This document shows positions 1 through 8,793 of a DNA stretch of 64,000 nt, piece by piece. Below the pieces are notes generated by a model. The model did no database searches. It saw nothing but the letters and a program-made list of their open reading frames with translations, and was not told the origin of the DNA. Source of the DNA: Aureliella sp. (GTDB lineage: Bacteria > Planctomycetota > Planctomycetia > Pirellulales > Pirellulaceae); the NCBI GenBank assembly GCA_963691875.1, contig OY829846.1, forward strand, positions 2,176,001 to 2,240,000, given 5' to 3'. Made by a program: the position numbers and the translations under genes. Numbering within the stretch: position 1 is the first letter of the stretch; each line of letters opens with the position of its first letter.

Positions 1-710
1 TGGAGAAACGTACGGAACGCCATCACATGCAAGCGCATCGTAATCAAATCGCTGGACTCTGCATCTCTAATGATGGTCAGCGTTTCGTTACGGCCTCCGA
101 TGATGGAACCATACGCTTTTGGGACATGGAGCAACCAACAGAGATCTTTGAGCTTGGTGAGCCTGAGAGTGCACCGGTTGTTCATGCCTCTTTTTCACCC
201 GATGGGCGCATGCTGATCACCGGCAACGCAATTGGCGGTTTAACGCTTCGCCATTCTTCACCGGTTGGGCAATTTCAGGAGCGATTCCTGCCGGAGGATT
301 CCAAGGATTTTGCTAACCGCATGATGTCTCCTGTCCGCGACGAAGCGACCACAAAGAAACAGCTTAAGACGATGCTCGCGGAAGCAGATCGATGCGTCAG
401 GTATTTTCCGGGGTACGAAGTGATGACGATCAAAGGTATCGCAGAGTTTCTCCTGGGGCAGCTGGATGAAAGTATCGACAGCATGAAAGAGGCTGCACGA
501 TTGCGAGCCTTCGAGTATCGCGACCCAGACATCCGCCCCTACATCGAAGCCTATCTATGCTTTGCGTATGCGGACCGCAGTATGTGGGAAAAGGCAAAGG
601 TGCAAAGAGGACTATTCAAAGAGAGAGAATCCGTCCCACCCGTGAGTTATGACTCAGAAATCAAAGTACTTTCCTCACGCATCGATGCCAGAATGCCAGA
701 GGCTCGTTAA
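1..710 (+). CDS. C-terminal part of a WD40-repeat protein with a TPR-like helical tail (5' truncated by the window; possibly a Ser/Thr kinase-WD40 protein)
   Basis: WD40 signatures AHRNQIAGLCISNDGQRFVTASDDGTIRFWD and FSPDGRMLITG; frame is open back to the window edge. Confidence 0.75.
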   Translation, partial: EKRTERHHMQAHRNQIAGLCISNDGQRFVTASDDGTIRFWDMEQPTEIFELGEPESAPVVHASFSPDGRMLITGNAIGGLTLRHSSPVGQFQERFLPEDSKDFANRMMSPVRDEATTKKQLKTMLAEADRCVRYFPGYEVMTIKGIAEFLLGQLDESIDSMKEAARLRAFEYRDPDIRPYIEAYLCFAYADRSMWEKAKVQRGLFKERESVPPVSYDSEIKVLSSRIDARMPEAR

Positions 711-853
711 CGCACCGCGACATCTTTGGCGGCATTTGTCGCGCAAGCGATAAATGTCCAAGACAACCTGGAATTCGGCTTCCATTTATCTCGCCTAGCC
801 CTGCCCAGGTAATTCTAGAATCGAAACCTTGGCCAGTGTCGGAGTTTCAACAT

Positions 854-1967
854 ATGTCGCGGTCTTCTTCTTCGCCCTGCACAGTCCCTTCTCGCCATCT
901 CTGTCTCACTTGATTGCTCCACCCTTCATGCTGTCGCACAGCAGCTAGAAAATGGCTTCGATCGTACTGCCTGGGAACGGCCAAAGGAAGACACCGGTAA
1001 GTCCATCAAAGTGAGTTGTAGTGTCGGAGGAAGAATTTAGTTGACCAATATCCTCAGCGAATAATTTGGCGAAGCAAAAATTCGGTCGCGTTCTAACGCG
1101 AACGACAGTTTTAGCGTCATGCTCCAGGCCGTTCCCAACTTCGACACCAAGGGGAAATTCGCACTGGTGATTGATGGGGTAGGCGAAATAGTAAGCTCGC
1201 GCGGAAAAGCCCGAGGCGAAGTTGCGAAAGATCTCGAATTGATCGTCGACATTCATGGCCTCGAGAATGTGCAGAAGATAGCCCAAGAGCTCAAGGCTGA
1301 TATTCAGCTTCGAGAGCATCTCGGTCACCAACGCTTGGTTTCACTTGTCAACACCAAGAAAGAATATCGAATTGCTGCACCTGTAGAGTTAGAGATGCGA
1401 ATCAAGAACTTTGGTAAAAAGACTGTTCGATTCATGGATGGAGGACAACAACGGGGCCCGTGCAACCATCAATTTGCCTTTGTTTCTAAACCGGCGGTAC
1501 CTGATAACTGCGATGCATTCAATTTCGGTGGTATCGCTGTCTTTCGCAATCTTGAGCCAGGTGCTACGTTCATCAAGAAAGTCGATATCACCCAATGGTT
1601 CAAACTCTACAAAGCACAGAGCTACGAGATCACCGCACTATTCGAAATGGAGCTGCACAAAGAGTCCTTCGGAGTAGACTATCTAAGGAATAAGACCGCC
1701 GTCGGTCGATGTCGCGTATTACCGGCTAGTTCTCGTTCCAAATCGAGATACCTCGCTGACCGACCAACCGATCTGGTGGCATCCTGCACCTCTGTTTTCT
1801 TCCTAGGTACTTGGAACGGATGGAGCCCCAGTGAATCTTCCCCAAGCAGAGGCTGTAAGCCTCCGGTACTGATTGGGGCCTTAACTAGCAGCCTCCGCTG
1901 CGGCATGCTCTTTCACGCCAAATGCTATCTGATGTTTTCTAGCTGCAAGTCTCAGAGTAAGCTGTAG
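854..1967 (+). pseudogene. Degraded secreted hypothetical protein
   Basis: Frame of ORF 1119-1967 continues upstream through TAG 1038-1040 and TAA 1062-1064 into a signal-peptide-like segment (AQSLLAISVSL...AVAQQ); ATG 854 after GGAG is out of frame; the 3' third looks like run-on. Confidence 0.5.
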
Positions 1968-2062
1968 ACTTCACCAAGGCCTGTCATTCGGGCCTCCTTA
2001 TCAGCCACCATTTTGGGGTGGCGCCGTTCTCCCACCATTGATTTTGACGAGTTTTTGAAGAC

Positions 2063-3406
2063 GTGGCGGCTGGATCTCGAAGAGGCATATACCCACTACG
2101 ACTCGCACCTTTTGAATCGTACATGTATGCTGACGATCAACCTCGCGCGGCTATGACTTTTGTCGTCGAGTTCGATTTTTCGGGCGAGGTTGAGAAGAAA
2201 CGCTTTCAGACGGCTTATGACAAGGCCCTTCAACGGCACCCGCTTCTACGCTCGATCATTCGCAAAGCCAAAGCCAATCGCGACTGTTGGGTCGCTCCGG
2301 ACGAGTACGATTCACAGATTGGCTGGCTGGGCGGAGAAGACTTTATCCACATTGCGGGTGCTGGTTTTGAGCTTGATCTAACGCAGCAAGTGGGTATTAA
2401 AACCTGGGGGCGCGTCGGTAACGGTGAGTCGCGATTCACATTCGTCTTCCATCACGCCTGCTGTGACGGAATCGGAGCCTATCAATTTGTCGGCGATTGC
2501 CTATGGTACTATGCAGAGCTGATGGGGGAAGAGCTTGAACCTCTCATTGAACTGGACGAAACGGACCTAAAGGCACGGATGCGAGTCACTACCACTCCAG
2601 AGCTTTTGGGGTTCCATCATCGTGAGCAAATCGGTCCACCGCAGAAACCTTCCTGCCCCGTTGCTCAAGTTGATGGTGAAGCGGGCAAGACAGATCGCAG
2701 CTATCCGAACTTCTTCACCTACACCTACGAGAAAGACGCGTATCGCGATCTCAGGCTACGCGCCCAGGGGATGGGACAGACGGTAAATGATCTTTTACTC
2801 GAGTCCATGTTCATTGCTATTCTTAGGTGGAATCGAAAGCACGGCATAGAAGCCGCAAATGGGGCTGTGACCATCAACATGCCGCTGGATCTGCGTGAGC
2901 CAGGGCAACCGAACTTTTCTGCCGTCAATTTGGTCACCAGTGGATTCTTGCAGCGTAGCGTGCAGGAGATCGAAAATCGTGAGGCACTCGAACAATCAAT
3001 TCGTGAAGAGTGCACCCTGCTAAAGCACACGCGCTTTGAATCAGAGCTGATGAAATTCCTGTTCGGTATCTCCGGTGATGTACACGAAGCGGCACAAAGC
3101 TTCCGCGGCGAAGACTGTATGTCGACAGTCGTGTTCTCCAACACCGGAGATCCTACCAAACGGTTCTTGGCCAAGCTGCCACGTCGCGGTGGAAAAGTTC
3201 GCGCTGCAAACTTGGTCCTGGAAGACATCAACGGAGTCTCCCCGTTGCGTTACCAGACTAGAGCATCCTTCTCCTTGTTCACGTATCAGCGTCGTTTGCG
3301 CATCTGCATGCGAACCGATGCTGAGTTCCTCAGCGATGCTGCAAGCCAAGCTTTCTTAGATAACTTCGTCGAATGTATCGACAATCCTTCGCCAGATGCG
3401 CTGTAG
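2063..3406 (+). CDS. Stand-alone condensation-domain / CoA-dependent acyltransferase (HHxxxDG family)
   Basis: FHHACCDG catalytic motif, ALQRHPLLRS, TVNDLLL, MPLDLR, FSNTG. Confidence 0.8.
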   Translation: MAAGSRRGIYPLRLAPFESYMYADDQPRAAMTFVVEFDFSGEVEKKRFQTAYDKALQRHPLLRSIIRKAKANRDCWVAPDEYDSQIGWLGGEDFIHIAGAGFELDLTQQVGIKTWGRVGNGESRFTFVFHHACCDGIGAYQFVGDCLWYYAELMGEELEPLIELDETDLKARMRVTTTPELLGFHHREQIGPPQKPSCPVAQVDGEAGKTDRSYPNFFTYTYEKDAYRDLRLRAQGMGQTVNDLLLESMFIAILRWNRKHGIEAANGAVTINMPLDLREPGQPNFSAVNLVTSGFLQRSVQEIENREALEQSIREECTLLKHTRFESELMKFLFGISGDVHEAAQSFRGEDCMSTVVFSNTGDPTKRFLAKLPRRGGKVRAANLVLEDINGVSPLRYQTRASFSLFTYQRRLRICMRTDAEFLSDAASQAFLDNFVECIDNPSPDAL

Positions 3407-3422
3407 TACTTCTCCAGCAACA

Positions 3423-3444
3423 GCTGCCCGACAAAGAGGGCAGC
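3423..3444 (+). terminator. Hairpin after the acyltransferase gene
   Basis: GCTGCCC-8nt-GGGCAGC just after the stop; no clear U-tract. Confidence 0.3.
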
Positions 3445-3639
3445 GACAAGGGGACAGCGGATTGCAACCCTTCTGATTGCACGCCACTGCAGAGTCTGAA
3501 ACTCGAGACGAGTTCCTCTAGCCCGCACGATGGTATTTAGTTGCTCTCTGCAAATCAGTTCCAAAACGTTACCTTGGTTGCTCGTCGTTGACATTTCAGT
3601 TCTTTGGAAAACTCTCCTCGATTAATAGCGGGAATTCTT

Positions 3640-4173
3640 TTGAAAAGCGATTTTATACTGACCTTCACGAGTCCAGATCGGCCCGGCGTGATAGAGGATC
3701 CGACGCAATTTGTCGTGGATTGCGGTGGTAATTGGGAAGAGAGTCGTTCAGCCCGACTTTGCGGTGACTTTGCGGGAATTGCCCGCGTCTCGATCGAAGA
3801 AGATTCAATCGCCAAGTTTGAGCAAGGTTTAGGAGAATTCCAAACCAAAGGCATTGTCGCCCAAGCCCGCAAGAATACACCTCAACCCGAACAGGGTGAA
3901 GCCACGTCAGGCGCACTAATCTGTTCCGGCGCAGATCACGAGGGGATCGTTAGTGGCGTTGCGAGCCGGCTTGCTGCAATGGGAGTCAACGTCGAGGAGA
4001 TGGAAACGACGGTTCTAGCCGCCCCAACTACCGGCACAACGCTGTTTCAAATGCAGTGCCAATTAACCCTGCCAAGCGATTGCGATCTTGAGCAGTTGCG
4101 TAGCCAGCTACAAGTCCTCGAACAAGATCTAGCTGTTGAGATTGAGTTGCTTGATGCAGAGTCCGCGTTCTAG
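3640..4173 (+). CDS. Tandem ACT-domain protein, GcvR-like
   Basis: DRPGVI...GGNWEESRSARLCGDFAG and GADHEGIVSGV...GVNVEEM; TTG start at 3640 inferred. Confidence 0.8.
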   Translation: MKSDFILTFTSPDRPGVIEDPTQFVVDCGGNWEESRSARLCGDFAGIARVSIEEDSIAKFEQGLGEFQTKGIVAQARKNTPQPEQGEATSGALICSGADHEGIVSGVASRLAAMGVNVEEMETTVLAAPTTGTTLFQMQCQLTLPSDCDLEQLRSQLQVLEQDLAVEIELLDAESAF

Positions 4174-4543
4174 TTGAGGCCTACGTTGGAAAGAGTGAAA
4201 TTCGCGAGAAGATTGTTCGCGTTGTTGAACCACACGCTGGCTTAGCTCTTCTGTTCCGCCATCAACGCTGGCACGAGAGCGAACACCTCGCGTCCGGAGT
4301 CAAATACGTGCTCCGCAGCGATGTTGTTCTTCGCCTATTAGCCTAAAAGCTGGGCAGGCGTTTACCTCAATGTGGCATTGGCGTCCCGCCTGTGGATGCC
4401 TGCAAAACGATAATTAAGTTATGGAACGCCTGATTAAGCCATCGCCCCTATGGCTAGGCGTTAAACAAATACCGGACAAATATCCTGGGATACGCCTCTC
4501 ACTTGCCATTTGCATTGGTGTGCCAATGCGCGACAAACCGTTT

Positions 4544-6082
4544 CTATCGATCGTAGACCGGCAAGACTCGTGCGTCGGCTCGCTCATAGGCAACGCGACC
4601 GTTGACGACAGCGATCTCAACGTAGGTACGATAGTCCAATGGCTGGCCATTGAGAATCAGGATGTCAGCGTCCTTACCAACTTCCAGACTGCCAATACGA
4701 TCCTCCAAGCCTAGCATTCGAGCTGGGACAATCGTCAGTGCTTCCAAAGCCTTCCGTTCACTGGCACCGCCACGAACTAAGAATGCCGCTTCGAGAGGCA
4801 AGCTAGTCAAATCACGCCCAGCTAGGCCATTCAGACTAATGGAACTCGTCAGAGCCGTCACCGCGAAGGGAACGCCCGTCTCTTCCATTACGCGTGGTGT
4901 TTCAATCCAAGTACCGCTGCGTTCTTCGGCGCCAAACTCAGGATCGCGACGGCGGCGTGGAGTCAAAACGACGGATGCTTCCACCTCGGCAATCTGCTTG
5001 GCAATTACCCAAGATTCGTAAGCACCCGTGATGACAACTTTGAAGTCCAGCTCACGTGACAATCGAATAATGTTCAAGATCTCCGATACAGTCAGCGCCG
5101 AGATTCGAAGTGAGATCTGCTTTTGAACTAACTTCAGGGTTTCGTCACTGACTGGCTTACGAGGTGGCTTTTCTTTCTTGCCAGCTGCAGTCGCCTTCTG
5201 GTGTGCCTCCTGATCCTTCAGATACTTGCGAGCCAGCTTAAAGCGTTCTCGCCAGTTGCGTTGATTCGTTGCACCCCGAAAGGAACCGGATGATACATCG
5301 AGGAAGGCATTCTGCGCTACGAGCATATTCTTCAAGCTGCCATAGGACATCTTGATAACAGCGTTCTTCTGCGCACGAATCGGCGTCGAAGGCGGCGCCG
5401 TGATGGGAGCCGTTGGAAGGATCGGCAAGCCACAGCAGGGGCAAGTCGAGATGAATTCGCCAAAGTCGCGGACCTCTGGCTGCTCGAGCATTGCCAATTC
5501 GGCTTCATCTGGATCCAAGCCAGGGAATCGTTCTGTCACCGGAAATCCATCAGGTACTCCGCCGACTTCGACTCCAAAGGGACCGCGACGGCTTCCACCG
5601 GAAACCTGCATGCACCCCGTCGTGATGCCGACGCCAAGGCAAAGCTTGACATTGTTGTCGAAGGGATCTAGTCCGTCCTCATACTTTGCACCACTGCTAC
5701 TCGACGTCCGAAGGCCAACTCGTGAAACATCTAATGCGACGAACCCAGGGGACACTGTCTTACCTGACGCATCGATCTGTTCGCAACCCTCAGGAATCTC
5801 GACTTCACTTCCGATTTCCTTGATCTTGCCATCTTCGATCAAGATCGTGCCACCACGGATGCGACCTTCGGTAACCGTGATGATATTGCCGCCAACGATA
5901 GCCAGCATGTCCTCCTTTGACACAGGCTTGGCTTCGGGCTTCTTCTCCGCTTCCTTTTTCATTTCAGGATTTTGCAAAGCAGGTTTTTCAGCAGGCTTCT
6001 TCTCTTGCGCGAAAGAAGCCGCGGCAAACAACGATGCGATGCAAACTGAGGCAATTATCTGTTTGTAGCCACGGAAAATCAT
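4544..6082 (-). CDS. Secreted amidohydrolase-family protein G; metal site degenerate; CPCCG-containing insert
   Basis: IDASGKTVSPGF and GSLEVGKDADILILNGQP; HxH replaced by ALDVS; signal peptide ending ASFA-QE; start could be 6082-6142. Confidence 0.85.
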   Translation of the reverse strand: MIFRGYKQIIASVCIASLFAAASFAQEKKPAEKPALQNPEMKKEAEKKPEAKPVSKEDMLAIVGGNIITVTEGRIRGGTILIEDGKIKEIGSEVEIPEGCEQIDASGKTVSPGFVALDVSRVGLRTSSSSGAKYEDGLDPFDNNVKLCLGVGITTGCMQVSGGSRRGPFGVEVGGVPDGFPVTERFPGLDPDEAELAMLEQPEVRDFGEFISTCPCCGLPILPTAPITAPPSTPIRAQKNAVIKMSYGSLKNMLVAQNAFLDVSSGSFRGATNQRNWRERFKLARKYLKDQEAHQKATAAGKKEKPPRKPVSDETLKLVQKQISLRISALTVSEILNIIRLSRELDFKVVITGAYESWVIAKQIAEVEASVVLTPRRRRDPEFGAEERSGTWIETPRVMEETGVPFAVTALTSSISLNGLAGRDLTSLPLEAAFLVRGGASERKALEALTIVPARMLGLEDRIGSLEVGKDADILILNGQPLDYRTYVEIAVVNGRVAYERADARVLPVYDR

Positions 6083-6116
6083 CGAAGGCACTCCGGCACT
6101 GGAAGAATTCATGTAA

Positions 6117-7472
6117 CTATTTTCCATGGACCGACTTCCCACGAATGAAGACTTGTTCTACTTCGGTCATCGCACCGAGTGGATCACCATCGAACAAGAC
6201 CAAGTTAGCTAACTTTCCGACTTCCAGCGAGCCGAGCTCTTTTTCCATCCCCAACAACTTGGCGGGGCCAATGGTCAGGGCCTTCAAAGCGACGTCACGA
6301 TCCAGCCCAGCTCGAACGAGCATACCGACTGAGAACAGCGGATTGTGCTGCATGTTTCGGAAATCACTCTGACCGAGCGAAAGTGAGAACACGAAGTCCA
6401 CCTTCTTCTTCGTCAGCATCGCAGGCACATTCACGCGAAGCCGTGAATTTGGTTTGCTATCGATTCGCGGTGGCAAGATGATCGAGTAACGTTTCGGATC
6501 GAGATTCTCTTGGTTGAGATAAACGTCTCCACCAGCCGCAATCAAAGCAATCTTCGCTTTGGATTTCTCACCTGCAGCCGCGTCCACATGCAATATACTG
6601 GAAGCGTTGTTGACGTTTACAAAGACAGGACTCTTTCCCTCGCGAACCGTGCCCCAAAGTTTATCAACTGGGCTCTCGGGTTTCTTCGTTGCCGTTGAGT
6701 TGGTGCTTGAGGGGCTCGGCCGAGCAGTTGGAATTGGAATACGATTGCCAAACCTCGCTCGCAACGCAGCAAGTTGTTCCGGCGACGGGCTACGCGGTGC
6801 CGCGGTACTGGTCGTTGTTGAACTTGGTTCTTTCAATCCCTTACGCAGGACATCCAGGGCGCGAGTTTCGTTGCTAACGGTGGTGATGAGTAACCCGTCA
6901 GGCTTCTTTAGTCCCACCAACGCCTTGTCGCTTTCTACAAGTTCTCCCAGGGCACTCTGCGCGTAACCGCCTGTGACCAAATGGAAGTTCGTAATGCCAC
7001 TACGCACCGCAGCCGACCAGTTTATGTCTTCTACCTCGAAGCCGTCGGCGACCTTGGCAAACGTAGTCGCAATGGCTGTGCTACCACCACCGATGGTGAA
7101 AACCCGTCCTTGAAACACAATCGTTCGAGGGGGGGTCGAGGTTACGTTACGACCGATCGTCACAACATAGTAGGGATCTACGATTCCTGGCATGAGAGTC
7201 TTGCCGCCGGCGTCGACAACTTGAGCCGATACTGGAATCGTGACGTCTTTGCCGACCGCAGCGATCTTGCCATCCTGGACCAAAACGGTCCCGTTCTTGA
7301 TGACGCCCGCCTTGCTGATCGTTTCCAGCCGTGCGTTGGTAATGGCGAGCGTTCGCTGTGCCTGAGCCGCTTTGGGCAAGACTAGTAGGGAACAACATGC
7401 AACACATCGCACTAGATGTGGTAGCCAGCTCTTTCGCTCGCCATTGTGATTGTTCAGTTTGGATTCGGCCAT
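6117..7472 (-). CDS. Secreted amidohydrolase-family protein F; metal site degenerate
   Basis: VDAGGKTLMPGIVDPYY (no HxH), GSLEVGKLANLVLFDGDP; signal peptide ending AQA-Q. Confidence 0.85.
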   Translation of the reverse strand: MAESKLNNHNGERKSWLPHLVRCVACCSLLVLPKAAQAQRTLAITNARLETISKAGVIKNGTVLVQDGKIAAVGKDVTIPVSAQVVDAGGKTLMPGIVDPYYVVTIGRNVTSTPPRTIVFQGRVFTIGGGSTAIATTFAKVADGFEVEDINWSAAVRSGITNFHLVTGGYAQSALGELVESDKALVGLKKPDGLLITTVSNETRALDVLRKGLKEPSSTTTSTAAPRSPSPEQLAALRARFGNRIPIPTARPSPSSTNSTATKKPESPVDKLWGTVREGKSPVFVNVNNASSILHVDAAAGEKSKAKIALIAAGGDVYLNQENLDPKRYSIILPPRIDSKPNSRLRVNVPAMLTKKKVDFVFSLSLGQSDFRNMQHNPLFSVGMLVRAGLDRDVALKALTIGPAKLLGMEKELGSLEVGKLANLVLFDGDPLGAMTEVEQVFIRGKSVHGK

Positions 7473-7508
7473 GGATTTTGCTTTGCTAATACCTGTTCCT
7501 TAAGGCCT

Positions 7509-8744
7509 CTAAAATCGGCGACGGTCTTTGGAAGTGTCGTAAACACTCGCACCGTCGATGAATACTTGCTTGACGTGATTCCGTGGATCCACGATTGAAC
7601 CTGTTGTGATCAGGATGTCTGCATCCTTGCCGGGTTCCAATGATCCTACGCGATCATCAATCATCAGCGCCTTGGCAACTTCGATAGTCAGTCCGTCCAC
7701 TGCGTCTTCTTCATTCCAGCCGTATCGCACAGCCATGGTTGCTTGGAAAGCCAATTCTTCCTGAGGAATCACCGGTGCATCCGTGTTAACTCCGAGCCAA
7801 GTGATACCGCGTTCAGCGTACTCAGCCACGATTCCTTTGATCTGTCCATCTTCGGGCTCATAGCGGAAACCGCGTGGCCCAGCCATAACAGGAATGTTTC
7901 GCTTGATGATCTCGTCACTGATTTTGTAGCTGTCGAAGGTCCCGTGATCGATAACGACCTTCAGATTCATCTCATCGTGCAGGATACGCAAAGTCGACTG
8001 AACGACTTGGTACGCCTGCGTGTGAACGACGACTGGGATTTCCTGGCGGAAGAGCGGCTTGAAGTACTCGAGTCGCAAGTTGACCTTTGGCTTGGTTTCT
8101 ATCCGTCCTGCTTTGAAGTCATCCCACTGGCGAACGTACAAGCGGCCTTCTTCGAGTTGCTGGCGAATTACGTAGTTCATTCCCATCCGGCCAGAACCGA
8201 CTTCGCCACCGCGTCGTTCCGGGTTACCCGACTGAGCGATCTTGAGAACGCCAGGTGCTCGTATAATGACATCCTTCGCCTTGCCAGGACCAGTCTTCAT
8301 CAAGGTGCCCCAGCCCCCCATGTTGGTTCCACTACCAGGTATGTAGCAAATAGTGGTCACTCCTCCTGCGATCGCTCGCTTGAGGTCGTCATTATGAGGA
8401 ATGATTTGGTCCCAGTTCCGGAGTTCTGGGTTGGTCTGATACACCATTTCGTTCAAGTCGCCGGAACCGCCGACGTGCGAGTGAGCCTCAATCAGCCCGG
8501 GCATCGCAAAGCAATTCTTGTGCGTAATCTCTTCGTAGCCCTCAGGCACTTTGATATCTTTGGTTTTGCCAACCGCTTCGATCTTGCCACCAGAAACGAG
8601 AATCGTGCCATTGATGATTGGATCACCAGCAGAGGTAATCACCTTGGCGACGTGAATCGCGTACTTCGGCTTTTCATCTGCCACCGCCACGCTGGAAACG
8701 GCTGCGAGCAAAGCAATCGAAAATGTGGTTTGAAGAAAACGCAT
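7509..8744 (-). CDS. Secreted metal-dependent amidohydrolase E; complete metal site
   Basis: MPGLIEAHSH, LKIA (candidate bridging Lys), VVHTQ, IDHGT, NTDAP; signal peptide MRFLQ...AVA-D; start 8744 inferred. Confidence 0.9.
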   Translation of the reverse strand: MRFLQTTFSIALLAAVSSVAVADEKPKYAIHVAKVITSAGDPIINGTILVSGGKIEAVGKTKDIKVPEGYEEITHKNCFAMPGLIEAHSHVGGSGDLNEMVYQTNPELRNWDQIIPHNDDLKRAIAGGVTTICYIPGSGTNMGGWGTLMKTGPGKAKDVIIRAPGVLKIAQSGNPERRGGEVGSGRMGMNYVIRQQLEEGRLYVRQWDDFKAGRIETKPKVNLRLEYFKPLFRQEIPVVVHTQAYQVVQSTLRILHDEMNLKVVIDHGTFDSYKISDEIIKRNIPVMAGPRGFRYEPEDGQIKGIVAEYAERGITWLGVNTDAPVIPQEELAFQATMAVRYGWNEEDAVDGLTIEVAKALMIDDRVGSLEPGKDADILITTGSIVDPRNHVKQVFIDGASVYDTSKDRRRF

Positions 8745-8793
8745 AACAATTGTTTTTATGGTGTGAGGGGGATCGTCAAAGGCTTTATGCATC

